Shown here: positions 1 to 12,561 of the stretch, one piece after another | Layout of the letters: each line of letters starts with the position of its first letter | Numbering within the stretch: the first letter of the stretch is position 1 | NCBI GenBank assembly: GCA_016748015.1 | Contig: JAAOMT010000222.1 | Coordinates: 375,924-439,923 of the forward strand | Length of the DNA stretch: 64,000 nt | Origin: Geosiphon pyriformis uo1 | Taxonomy: Eukaryota > Fungi > Glomeromycota | Direction: 5' to 3' | Notes under the pieces: model-generated | What the model was told of the DNA's origin: nothing | Seen by the model: only the letters and a program-made list of their open reading frames with translations | The model's database searches: none | Position numbers and translations under genes: made by a program

Positions 1-2021
1 ACGTGAGAATGCAAGAGGCCACCACCGTACCCCATATTTTTTAAGGTGATTTTAGAACCATAAGCCAATTCTAGAATAATTAGAATACATACATGCTTGT
101 AAGTTGTTTAGGAGGATAAAATTGAGTAAAAAGTAATGGATAAGTACTTAGAGGATTTTGATCAAAGTCATTTCCATTTAAACTAGCCTGGAATAGGGAA
201 CTCATTTGAGCATCACCCGGGCCACTATTAGAAAGAATTGCAAAATGAATTACAAAGCTCAATATATAGAGAGTGATAGGTAGAATAATCAAACATCCAA
301 TTCTGGCGACCCAATGTTGTAGGTAGACAATCTATTGAAAGAAAATTTGAATATTGAGCGCTAGAGAGCATAAAATGAGGTTGAATAGAAAAAAATCTCA
401 ACCTTGGGTATGGTTAAATCCCCAAACTTTTCCCACAGATCCTCAATGGTGTAAAAACCAACCAAAGCGGTTACAAATAGCCCAACCCACTTTACGCTGC
501 ATTCAAATAAGGTTAACATTTAATCAAACATATTGGATTTAAGTAAGGTAAAATTAGTTGGTTACCTGGACACACATCCGATAGATATCCCCGTCAATGA
601 CAACCATGTCCACCAATCTATGGAAAATGGACTAAAACCCTATTATTTGGATATCACTTTTGAACTGATTGATCATCTGCAAGCACTTACTTATTACGTT
701 CATTATGAAACTTTGTCAGGCAGTATACGGTGGTTAAGGTAAAAAACAAGAGCATCGAGTCAAGGAGAATAAAGCGACTGATGGCAATATATGCGGTGTC
801 TACAAGAATTTGGCTGTAGCTTTGAGTAAAGAGGAACTTCACACGTCACTAATTAGAAGTATGAGATATGAAAAGATATTCAAATAATCTCTTACCTAGT
901 AAAACCATCAAAGCCACAAGGGCAACTGCATGTTGGGAATAATCAAGTTCGATAGCAGTGAAATAGGCAAGCGGAGTCATCCACGCACCAAAAGATGCGA
1001 GGAAAAGCCGCATAACAAAATAATTAACATTTTCAGGATATGGGTCTCCCGATTTGAAATCGAAAGATCCATCATATCCGCTAAGCAATCCCGCTAATCC
1101 GACCAACATTTTTCCAAGAGGTGGATGCACATCGAAATAAAATTCACGCTTTAGATAATGAGAGCCGAACTATATGGTAATGAATGAGCGAAATAGAAGT
1201 TTCATGAGCAGCTAATTCACATCACCTCTTATAAAATTCCTTTCCTAGTTGAATTATTCCAATTAATAAGGTAAAGTGAATTATATACATACCTTTCCAA
1301 AATGGGCCTTAAGATTTTAATGAATAGAAAATCAATGTTAACCAAAATTTCCTACTTTAAGATAAAATTGAACCATTTACGGACATAAATCGAAAGGCAT
1401 ATTGTCTAAAAAATGATCTTGACATAAATCTCAATTGAATAATTTTCATATTGAAGGCATAATTAATGTCTTTGACCAGTATGCATGGTGTCGAAATTTT
1501 CGAATAAAACAAATGATCGACCTGATGGCTTGTAAAACAATATTAATGATTTCGAGAGCTAATCTTGTAGGTTTTGAAAAGGCAGTCAGATTAAAGTGGG
1601 GATTTGGAAACTTTCTGTAGAAAAGTAAGTCACCAAGTTTTCAAATTTTTGCCAATGCAATTTTGCCTTTCGACCTATGTTGAGTTTGTAAAAAGTGACA
1701 GTACCTCATCCCAGACAACTAATTTGGAAAGAGAAATCAGATAAAAACGCGTCCAAAAGGACAATATTGTAAAACCGAAAGGTATAAGGAAATCTTGATA
1801 GTCATGCCAAAAAGCTAGAAGCTTAAAAGTAAAAAGGGTTTAAGAGTTGGTCTTAGTGTATGGTTGCGTGGATTGCCCAATGCTTCTGGAAGCACTACCT
1901 TTTTAGAAGTAATTTTATCTGGTTTATATTCTTTTGAGTTCTCATCGTTATCGAGCGGCTCGGTGGAGGGAAGTGGTTCATAGTCTGACGCAGGCGGTTT
2001 GCGGCGTCTAAAGGCTTCCAT
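1..2021 (-). CDS. PMT2: Dolichyl-phosphate-mannose:protein O-mannosyltransferase, PMT2 subfamily (multi-exon; 3' part continues beyond window start)
   Basis: Manual splicing with GT..AG introns gives exons 2021-1899, 1821-1705, 1307-1293, 1169-896, 799-691, 631-566 and further exons toward position 1. The protein reads [17 protein letters not shown]|AHFGK|[27 protein letters not shown]...[14 protein letters not shown]...[14 protein letters not shown]...[14 protein letters not shown]...[11 protein letters not shown] (start of MIR domain). These are PMT2-type motifs. Confidence 0.93.
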
Positions 2022-2241
2022 GTTGAAAACATCAGTTAACTTTTTTCAAAGCTTAAATGTAAATAAAAATTTTAAAGATCCAGCAATTTGGTGACACGTA
2101 TCAAGATTCCAGTCAGGAAATCTATTATGAAAACCGAGCTATTTTCGGAAACTAATCCAAAAATAATTTCTTTGTGATTTATTTATTTTTAGAAAGAATC
2201 TGAAAAATTTTAAACATCCTGGTTTTTTACAGATCCACAAA
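2022..2241. promoter_or_regulatory. Short (220 bp) divergent intergenic region, putative bidirectional promoter for PMT2 and ERB1
   Basis: The start codons of the two genes face away from each other (ATG at 2021 on -, 2242 on +). The region contains TGAAAAATTTT at 2201-2211. Confidence 0.55.
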
Positions 2242-5200
2242 ATGGCATCAAAAGCTCCTAACAAAAAACTCGATATAACTGGCGCTTCTGGCCAAGTTAA
2301 ACCCAACAAGGAAAGGATAAAACAAACCCAAAAGGTTGTTTTTGATATTCAGAAACCCTACAGTGATAAAGAGGCAGTTGACAGACCACAGTTTGCCAAG
2401 GCTAAAACTATCAACAAAGTAGAAACGAAAAAGTTAATATCAAAAAATTTAAACTTTGGTCAACACAAAGAATTAGAAAATCCTTCGTTGCCCCAGCAAA
2501 ATTCTCACGAGAAAGCTAATCGAGTTTTTGGTCAAACCAGCTCAAATCCGATAATTAAGCCCGAGAAAGCAAAAAATCCCAAATCGGGAGATGATCATCT
2601 CATTTCACGCTTTCGAAAAGAAAACACTTCCTTATTTGAATTGTTACCTTTAAAACGGAAATCAAAGGCTCAATCATCTTCATCTGAAGATAGCAACAGT
2701 GAAGATTTGGAAAATATTCAAATCAATATACAGTCTGACGAAGAAAGTGAAGCAGATGAGCAATTAAATTCGACTGACATCAAAGGATTAGTAATTCCTT
2801 TGCAGTCAATGGGATTCGATGATCAACAGGAAAAAAACGAATATGATGACGCAAAGGAAATGATAAATTCAGATACCAGTGGAGAAAACGATGAATATAT
2901 TGCTGGAGATAGCCTGGAAGAAAGTGAGCTCGAGGATGAAGAAAAACAAGAGTAAATTTCAAATCTAAATGAAAATTTGGCTGTATTTACGATTTCTATA
3001 ATAATCATTCTTGTTGTAATCAGAGAAGAAAACGAAAGATATTGTTTGGGGGCCAATGGCTATCCACGAAAAATATTCCCCGAAATTGATGCTGTCTATG
3101 ATAGCGATTCTTCCACAGATATTGTAAGTCCCATTTTATTTCGATTTCATGAATATTTTGGGCAAATCTTGAATTTCATTTGTTTGACCTTTCATAGCCC
3201 CCCAATACTGTTGGGAACATTCCAATGAAATGGTATGATGACTATCCCCATATTGGTTATGATATAGATGGCAAAAAAATAATGAAGCCAGCAAAAGGAG
3301 ATGAATTGGATAAGTTTCTCGATAAAATGGAAGACCCAAATATGTGGTATGAGTAAATATAATTTACCCCTTTTTCAATATCCCTGGGAATAATCTCGAT
3401 ATTTTCATTACATGAATGTAGGATTTCAGTCAAGGATAATCTCACTCAACAAGATGTTAAATTGACTGACGAGGAATTAGATATAATTCGTCGTATTCAA
3501 ATGCAGGAGATTCCTGATGCTAATTATGATCCATACGAACCGATGGTCGAATGGTTTACAAGTAGACCAGAAATAATGCCATTAAGTGGAGCTCCCGAAC
3601 CGAAACACAGGTTCATTCCTTCCAAATGGGAAGCGAAACGGGTACCTGATTTGAGTTTCTGATAAAATCACTTCCTTAGCTGTAAATAAACTTATAATCA
3701 TGTTCAAATTTTCTATCTTTAGATTATGAAACTCGTGCGAGCCATTCGCGAAGGGAGAATAATATCTGGGAAGACTCGAGTTGAAAAACCTCGCTTTTAT
3801 AATTTATGGACCGATAGTGATCAACCGCGTGAAGATCATCCCACACATATTCCAGCTCCTAAAGTGAAGCTTCCTGATCATGATGAAAGTTATAATCCAC
3901 CGGCCGAATATTTGCCAACAGATAAAGAAAAAGAAGAATGGGAACAAATGGATCCTGAGGATAAAGAAAAAAACTATTTACCACAAAAGTATTGCAAAAA
4001 TTTTGTCCAGTTAATTGTGGGTTATCATAATTCATATTCAATTATTTGTTTATTATTTAGATTTTCAAGTTTGAGAGCTGTTCCAGCTTATGGAAAGTTT
4101 TTACAAGAGCGTTTTGAAAGAGCCCTTGATCTTTATTTGGCCCCTCGTGTTCGCCGAAACAAAGTAATTCAATTATAACCCAGGATTTTTTAAACCCTCA
4201 AACTATTTAACTTTTGAATTCTTTTTCATAGCTTAACATTGATCCAGACTCTCTCATTCCCAAACTTCCCAGTCCCAAAGACCTTCAGCCCTTTCCCACT
4301 TCGCTATCCTTTTCTTATAATGGACACAAAGGTCGGATAAGATCTTTTTCCATTGATCCTATAGGGTTATGGCTGGTATCCGGTTCAGATGATCAAACCA
4401 TTAGAATGTGGGAGATTACAACAGGGCGTTGTGTTAAATCATGGAATGTAGGAGATACTGTTCATTCAATTGCTTGGTGCCCAAAAAAGGATGTTTTTGG
4501 GTTCGCAGTATCCTTGTAAGCTATCATTCATTAAATGAAATTTATCCGGTTACAATTATGTTGATAACTTTTATCCTTTTTTATATATAGTGGCAATAAA
4601 GTTGCGTTCATCTCGCCACCTGACATGTGTGACGATGAAATGAGTCAATTCACCTCTCAATATGTCTTACTAGGAACCCCAGTCGACCAACAAGATGGTT
4701 TTTTATTTTAAACTGAATATTACTTGATATACACGATAATATTTCTTGTAGGACTTAACCTAATACCCCAGGTTTTCGATTGACCCTTAGAAAAGTCTAA
4801 GTCTAAGGTCGTTAAATGGCACCAACCAAACGAAGCTGAACAAGGAGAAGGTTATCTTTTAATTATTACACATTCCCATCAAAAGGTATTAGTTTTCGGG
4901 TATTAATCATCAAAATTCATCTTTGCAGATTTTTTTATGCTAAAAATCCATCTTTATACAGACTGTCAAACAAGTTACATGGCATCGAAAAGGAGATTAT
5001 TTTGCTTCATTAGCTCCCGATGGTATCTATTACTAATATCAGGATACGCTGATTCATTTTATGTTTTAATGCTTTTAAAAAGTTTTTATTCCACTTTTTT
5101 GATTTAGCTGGCAATCAAGGCATTTTGATTCATCAGCTAACGAAAAGCCAAACACAGCAGCCTTTCCGTAAAATCAAGGGTCTAATACAACGTATTATGT

Positions 5201-6012
5201 TTCATCCCATCAAACCACTTTTTTTTGTTGCGGTGAGGCTTTAACCAATCAATTGATTTTTAGTCGTAATTTAAATATTTTAATTTATTGAATATCTTCC
5301 CATCATTAGACCCAGAGGCATGTTCGAATATACAATTTGATGAAGCAAGAGGCGACAAAAACCCTTCAATCTGGTGTTAAATGGATTTCCAGCTTGGATA
5401 TTCACCCTTTGGGTAAGTTAATTATTCTGAAAGAACCAAATTTATAAATTTATTTAGTCTTTCCCTCTTCATTTTCCTTCTCTAGGTGACAACGTCATTA
5501 TTGGAAGTTATGATAAACGGTTGTGCTGGTTTGATTTGGATCTATCCATGAAGCCATATAAAACTTTACGGTAATTACTCGTATTTTAAAATCCTTACGC
5601 TTTAAGCCAAATGAAAATATTTCATAAAGTGGGATTGGAACCCAATTCCTCATTTTTTAGGTATCATGGAATGGCGGTTCGTAGTGTTGCTTTTCATAAA
5701 ATATTACCATTGTTTGCCTCGTGTAGTGACGATGGTACCATACAGATATTTCATGGTATGGTATACAATGATTTGCTGCAAAATCCCTTAATAGTCCCTG
5801 TAAGAATATTGAAAGGGGGACATAAGGTGGTGGAAAGTCTAGGTAAAGAAAGTTTTCTCTTCATCATTATCAGGCATTTAAGTTTAAGGGAGAACTCATC
5901 CACTGATATTTTATATCGTGGCATATTAGGTGTTTTACATTGTGAGTTTCATCCAATACAACCTTGGATTTTTTCATCTGGAGCTGACCATACTATAAAT
6001 TTATGGACTTAA
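2242..6012 (+). CDS. ERB1: Ribosome biogenesis protein ERB1/BOP1 (acidic N-terminus, BOP1NT domain, WD40 repeats), multi-exon
   Basis: Spliced peptides include [91 protein letters not shown]...[39 protein letters not shown] and [14 protein letters not shown]. Introns are canonical and ~70-110 nt (first 2952-3023). Stop TAA at 6010-6012. Confidence 0.95.
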
Positions 6013-6548
6013 ACCATTTTAATTTTGTAAATCCCCAAAATTGAAATTTTTAATCAACAAAACCAAAGTAATGTTGTTACTGCTTGAATCATCATTAGTT
6101 AATCGTTGTAATTCATTACCAGTCAATGAGTGATTGAAGTATCTTCAAATGTTACCTAGATCGATCGGTTTAGGAAGAAACTTGGTTTGTCTTGATGAAT
6201 TAAGTCATAAACCTCAAATCATTAACTAGCAATTGGTCAATTTCACAATTCTTAAAAGGAACTATCGAGTTTTTGACTCAAGGACTTTCAAGTTTAAAGT
6301 GATCTTTTACATTTTTAAGGTTGAAACCCAATATTGGTCACTCATTAGATAATTTCATATATATGCTGCTAGAGAATGGTAACTATAAAACGATTCGTCG
6401 TAAAATTAAAGCTGCCTAGTCAATGTGTTAGCAAACTGCAATGAGATTTACCACTGATATATATTACTTTCCAATACGTTATTTGTCGGCCCTCTTAGCT
6501 GAGCTAGCTCTATTCCCATACCTTGATTTTAGCAATAGGCGCAGAATA

Positions 6549-8019
6549 TCATGAACGTCTTCTCTTTTTTGCCATCTCTTGCATTTTGGCTTCGGCTTCT
6601 TCACGAGGCAATGGCTTATAATATAAGGATGGGGTAGCTGTGGTCTTGTTAAATAAATTTTCCAAAGGTATAAACGATACATTTTGACGAGGAGCTTCTT
6701 CTTCTTCTATTCCTCACAGAATATAAAGGGAATTTGGTTAAAATTTCTAGATGAGAGAGATTTAGAATTTCGATAAAAATAATACCGGTACGATTGATGG
6801 TGGTTTTTGAGGGAGCACGCGATCTTGTTGCGTTTTGTTTGGCCTCTTCCTGATTGATTGCTTCTAACGCTTTTTCAAAATTGAAAAAATCAAGAACTAA
6901 AGATCTTCCCGTTTCTGGCGGCCATTTTACATTCCAAAGCGAGTTTCGAGTAATGACGGCCGATTCTACAGATTCGAACTGAATTTGGACAAAACCAAAG
7001 ATTTATAAAAGTTAAGATTGAATCAAAAAGGAGTTTATCTTTCACCAATTTACTACCTTTACATAACAATGCGACTTAATTTTATTCATCCAGAAATATT
7101 CAATCACTCCATATTGTTCCAAAAGTGCCCTAACAGCAGGAAGCGTAAGAGGACGCACAAAGTTTGTGATATAAAGTGTTGCTGAGGGTTCATGGTTAGA
7201 AGGTGGGGCACCTGATCATCAGTAGCACAGAAGATATTTAAGATAAGTTTGATTGTATATTTCGAAACAATTATTAATTATTGAGTGATGAATCTCGATT
7301 ACACTAACCTTCTGGTCGCTTCCCTTTATTTTTTTGCGATTCGGAGCCATTTTGATAAACCTGTTCAAATATTATCAAAAGAAGCAAACAATATTAGCAC
7401 TCCGAAAATTGTGATTTAATGTTGGTCTCTTTGGGCCTTTCCTGTGTATGAGAAAAGACTTTTGAAGTCGAATCAAATGTATCATCTTGAAAGGTCTCCC
7501 GAATTGTAAATGATGAGCATGTCGGGTTTCACAACCTGACAAATTTGTGATTGGTTTTTTTTAATTTTCGAAAATTTGAATTTTATAAATAATTCACTAA
7601 AGACTAATGGCTCACCTTTTCGGCGTCCAGATCCTGCGGCTCATCATTCGATGGCGGTGGCAGCTTGGAAACATCAAGAATATCCTGAGATATGATTTTT
7701 AATCTCAGCAAAATTGAATATTAACAAGTTTTGTATTTCAAAGAAAACAAAAAGCTAACCTTGAGACTATCTGTAGTTAGAGTTTCTTCCTCTTCTTCGA
7801 AATCAGGCTGTAGCTTTACCTCTTGATGTGCTTCCTTATTTGACTCGTCAACACTATTACGGTGTGTCTTCAAAACTCGACGTTTCTTTGATTGCTCCAC
7901 CACCTGATGTTCGATGGAGCGTTCTGTACTGGCTTCTAAAATTGAACAATCTTTGTTAAGCAAGTTCTACTGTAAAATAAGGGTTTCAAGTTAGCCTGAC
8001 CTGATGTAGCTTCGGTCAT
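6549..8019 (-). CDS. Acinus-like (ACIN1/ASAP complex) RNA-binding protein: RRM plus C-terminal RSB motif, multi-exon; 5' end uncertain
   Basis: Spliced translation gives TLYITNFVRPLTLPAVRALLEQYGVIEYFWMNKIKSHCYVK|FESVESAVITRNSLWNVKWPPETGRSLVLDF (Acinus-type RRM). The last exon reads LENLFNKTTATPSLYYKPL (RNPS1-SAP18-binding motif), with stop TGA at 6551-6549. The best in-phase start is ATG 8019 (MTEATS, intron 8000-7936). An upstream ATG plus GTAAGT donor at ~8201-8170 may belong to a 5' exon. Confidence 0.8.
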
Positions 8020-9469
8020 AGTTTTAAAAGGTTGGAATTGCAAGAAAAAATATCCAAGCAATCACTCAAGCAAAAAGCAAAAAATGTCGGTGGGTCTAAA
8101 AGTCTGAGATATGAACACTAATAATACTAGAAAAAACGGGTTAACAAGAAAGGCCTCTAGGGTAAAGTCACTTACAAAAAAGGCGCGCAAGATTTTGCCA
8201 TAGCAAATTGCTAGTGGCCTTTTAAATTTTTATAGATAAAAGTGATCTTAATATTTTGTCTTCGCTTTTTCCACGTTTTTTACCATCTGATCACTAATGT
8301 CTTTGTACTCCAGTGTAAGAAGATTGTCGGGGTTTTTTGTCAAACACCGGAGAATTCCGGTAGGCTCGGTTTCAATAAACAAAAATCATAATATATTCTT
8401 TTGGCAGTTATTAAAAAATATATTAAAATAATTTGTAATTATTAACAAAATAACATTATTGCTATTTTACTCTCTTTTATATTTTTATAACCACTATTAT
8501 GAAACTGTTTTCTTAATATATTAATATTACAAGTTCCAGTTTATACTATATTTAGTTTTTCATGAGTTTTTTAATTTTGATTACTTAATATTATTTGTTG
8601 TTATATAAAAAGTTTTTTGTTAAAATTAATAAATAAGTTTTTTTTCTAATTTTTGTTGCTTTATATGTACTAAATTTTATTTGTTATTATTAAGATTTTC
8701 TTTGAAGTTAATTTTTGCAATTAGCTAAAGTGTTTTTCTAATTTAAAAACACAAATATTAATAGTTTTAAAATTTTTTCTAATAAAACAATAAATATTTT
8801 TATTAATTAATAATAATATAAATAATTAAAATTAAATAAAAATTTTTAATAAATTTAACTAATAATTAATAGTTTTATTTTATAATAAATATAAATAAGT
8901 TTATAATAATAATTTTATTTTATTTTTTTGCTTAATTATAAGACTTATTAAATATTATATATATTTTTTATTAAAAAAATTTAGTATTTTGAATTTGAAT
9001 TTTTTTTATATTAAAACTATTATACATATATATATTTGTATTTTTACAAGATAATATTCTATTTTTGTTATTTTAAAATAATGTTTACTGTTATTACAAA
9101 ATAATATTTGTTGTTATTATAAATTAATACTTGTTATTATTATTATTTAATAATTGTTATTATGTAAATTATTATTTTAAAAAAATTATTATTGTGTTAT
9201 TTTATAATTAATTAATATTTGCTAATTTTTAACTAATAATATTACTTTTAAAATTAAAATTAAATTAGTTATAATATTATTTTTACCAATTTTAATTTTT
9301 AAAATAAAAAAACTAAACAATATTTTTTTAAAGTATTTTTTTAGATAATATAAAATTAAAATAATTTTTAGTTGTTGTTAAAATATTATTTTTGGCTTTA
9401 AATAAAAGTTTTTTTTTAAATAATTAACTAAAATTAGTATAAAAAAAACTCTTTTGTTTTCTTAATTTT

Positions 9470-11610
9470 ATGACTATAACCAGAGCAAAGAGTAAAAAAG
9501 CTGTACCTAATATCTTTTTTGAGATATCTAATAAAATTTTAATCAGAAGAGCTTTCTTTGTAATAGAAACAACTAGGCAGAAAATTTTAAAAGTTTTTTC
9601 TTTACCTAATAATCATAAAAAGCTATCTTTAGTAACTATTAAAGCAACTTCTTCATTTTTGGCTGGTTTTTCATCAATCAAAGTTCTCTCAAAGAGACAT
9701 ACTTAAATTAGTTCCAGTATTACCTTTACCCCAACTAAGAGCCCAAAAGTTTTTAATAATAGACCAGTAAATAAGCTGGTCTTTCTTTTTTTAGCTTCAA
9801 TACCTGGTGCTGTTAACACTACTTCTTCAAAAAAAATGGTCAAAAAAACCAAAAGTTTAGAAAAGTAAAAGCAATTACTTGCCTCTGTTATTGTTACACC
9901 GAACTCTTTTGTGGTTCCCAATAAAATCTTAAATAAGATCTCCATAGTATCTTCTGGTATATTATTCAAGATGGACCAAAATCAACTACTGGCTATATTG
10001 CTAAATATGGTGTTTTTTGGCAGATTATCACTGGTTTTAGAAACAAAACAATTATCTTCTGTGATGTTACTTGTTCTTGAAAACTGAATTGACCAGATGG
10101 AAACTAAATTATTCTTTTCTTTGGTTTCTGGTGCTATTTCTAATGGTATTTAGAAAACTATTACTAATTATTAAAGATTTGCTGGATAGGTGGTCTCTAT
10201 TTTAGTGTCTGGTATTATTTTCAAAATTAAATTGGTTTATGTTAAGGCTGTTTTTTAGTCTGTGCATGGTTTTTTGAATATTAAGTCAGTGTCAAAAGAC
10301 AATATAAAGCTGTTTTATATGAAGTTTGTTTCTCAAAGTTTTCTAAATACTGCATTTTTGGTTAAGCTTATAAGCTCTGTTTACTTTACTATTCTTAAGA
10401 TTGCCAAGTCTTTAATGGTTTCTAAATTTGGTTTTTTTCTTGCTGCTGTTGTATTACATGATATGTCTTTGAATATGTCTGTTGTTGATATTAAGTCAGT
10501 TTTTGGTGTCTTTGGTAAAATTTCTTATATTCAGTTAAAACCTGTTGGTATTTGGCAATATGTTGTTGTTTACTTTAAAACTTTGGATGCTGCCACATCT
10601 GCTCTTAATTACTGGTCAGTTTTGGTGGACAAAGATAATGTTTAGATCCTTCTCTTTGTGAATTAACAGGAAACAATTTTGTCTCATAATAGATTTAAGA
10701 CTAAGTTGGTTAACCTTTTTCCTGGCTGTATTGTCTTTAAAATTAGTAATATGATTTCTTAAGTTAGTAGTTGAACTTGTTTTATTTCTTAGTCTCCTGA
10801 TTCTAGTCATTGTTTCTACTTTGTTCTGGTTATATTTGGCTCCCAAGCTGATTTGACTCTCAAGCTAATTTGGATTTTGCTGTTGTCAAAACTAATATAC
10901 TAAGAAAGTGTCATATCTAGTAGAAAACCCCTGGTTGTTAGTGTTGTTTTCAGTGTTAAGAAATGGGCCACTTGGCTGTGGACTGTAAAATTACTTCACT
11001 TCCCTTTTCTAAGGCTTTCAAGGTGTTTAAACCACATTTTATTGGTTCTTTGTCTTATACAAAAGCATTTGCTCCTCTTGTTCTTTCTGAATTTCCTTTT
11101 TTGGTGGCTTCTGCTTCTCTTGTAGCTGTTGTCAATCCTTTGATATCTTCTTAGCTAGCTAATCTGGAATCTGAATTGGCCAAGTTTTCTGTTTTGGTTA
11201 ATTTTATTGTCAAGCTTATTGGCTCTATGATTAAAGTTTTTGAACAATTTATTAATAATAATCTGGTTTTAAGTGCTGCTCTTGGTCTTAGGGTCAATGA
11301 AGTTTTGGTTTACATGAGTACTTTTAGCAGAGCTGTTGGTAAGTTGGAACAGAAAATGATTGCTTTAAAAATAGAATGTGGTTTTGAGAACATTGATATG
11401 TTAGGTTCCTATGTAAATTTGTCATCTTTTAATAATGATATGTTTTCTAATTTAATGTCTCTTTAAAAACATGAATTTGCTGCTATAAAAACTAATGCCT
11501 TTAAAACAGCTGAGTAGTTAGTTGGATTGGTTAATAATAATGTTAGATTATTTGAGATTGTTCAAAGAATGTCTTCTTTGGGTAAGTTTTCTTCTGATAC
11601 ATCAACATAA
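9470..11610 (+). pseudogene. Degenerate non-LTR retrotransposon ORF1-like (gag-like) gene: RRM-like region, CCHC zinc knuckle, C-terminal coiled coil; no ORF2 follows
   Basis: ORF fragments at 9470, 10262, 10963 and 11176 join into one ~710-codon frame interrupted by stops that look like C>T/G>A products. The single frameshift coincides with a 17-nt tandem duplication at ~10840-10873. Motifs: LHDMSLNMSVVDIKSVFGVFGKISYIQLKPVGIWQYVVVYF (RRM-like) and CFQC*EMGHLAVDC (CX2CX4HX4C). Confidence 0.7.
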
Positions 11611-12268
11611 TATAGCTTAAATTGACTCAAGTAGCTGGTTACATATAGTAAACATATAAGCCATATTTAGTCCTGGATCACTTAGTTTGGTCCTAATTTC
11701 TAGATAGTAATTGGGCCATACTTATTAAAATTCATAATAATAAAAAATTAGTTTTAATATAATTATTACTATTATAAAAATTTTTAAAATTTTTAATAGT
11801 AAATTAAAATTAAAACTATTTTTTTTTACAACTTTTTTTATATTTGTTTAAATATTTAAAAAAACAAAAAAATTATTTCTTTAAAATACCAAAAAAAATT
11901 ATTTCTTTTAGTTTTTTTTAAAACATTATTTCTTTTAATCTTTTTTAAAACATTATTTTTAAAGTTTTTTTTTTATATTTATATCAATTTTGTAATTATT
12001 ATACTAATTATAATACTTAATTTAAATTTGATTATAAATAATAATAACAATAATATATTTACCAAGTTAATTTTTATTAATACATAAAACAAATTTATAT
12101 TTTTATATATAATTTTAAATAATTAATTTATTAGTTTTTATTTTATTTTATTTTTTATAAGTACAATTTAACTATAATTTAAAACAATATAATTAAACAA
12201 AATTCTAAATTAAATATGATTTATACTTTTTCTATATATAACCAACTATTTAAATCAATTAAACAATA

Positions 12269-12561
12269 TTATATATTTAAACTATTAACAATTATAAAAC
12301 TATTAAAAAAACAAAATAATATTAAAAGCAAATATATTTCAAACCAAAATTAAAATTAATATCCAACTTTAAATCAAATACACAAGTTATAGTTAAAGAC
12401 TACATTAAAGACAAACCAAAAATTTAAGAAATCTTCAAGTTATTTGCTAGAATCAGACCATATTTTTTATAGTAAGTTTGCAATTTAGTATTAAGTAGTT
12501 ATATATTAAATTGGTGCTTTTTTGTAAACCTATATATAAAATCAATTATTTTTTTAACTAT
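12269..12561 (-). pseudogene. LINE ORF2 extreme C-terminus (piece 3 of a split LINE)
   Basis: Minus-strand translation VKKIIDFIYRFTKKHQFNI*LLNTKLQTYYKKYGLI...FGL...NSLNI* resembles LINE ORF2 C-termini recalled from this fungal group. It continues the frame from 31089-31235 once element A and its CTAT TSD are removed. Confidence 0.6.

Noticed and set aside
6479-6682. 67-aa ORF from the ORF track as the last exon of the Acinus-like gene
   Set aside because: It is in the wrong frame; the RSB-encoding frame ends at TGA 6551-6549.
12521-12536. TTGGTGCTTTTTTGT resembling the family PBS
   Set aside because: No LTR end precedes it, and it falls within the minus-strand LINE ORF2 remnant; judged coincidental.
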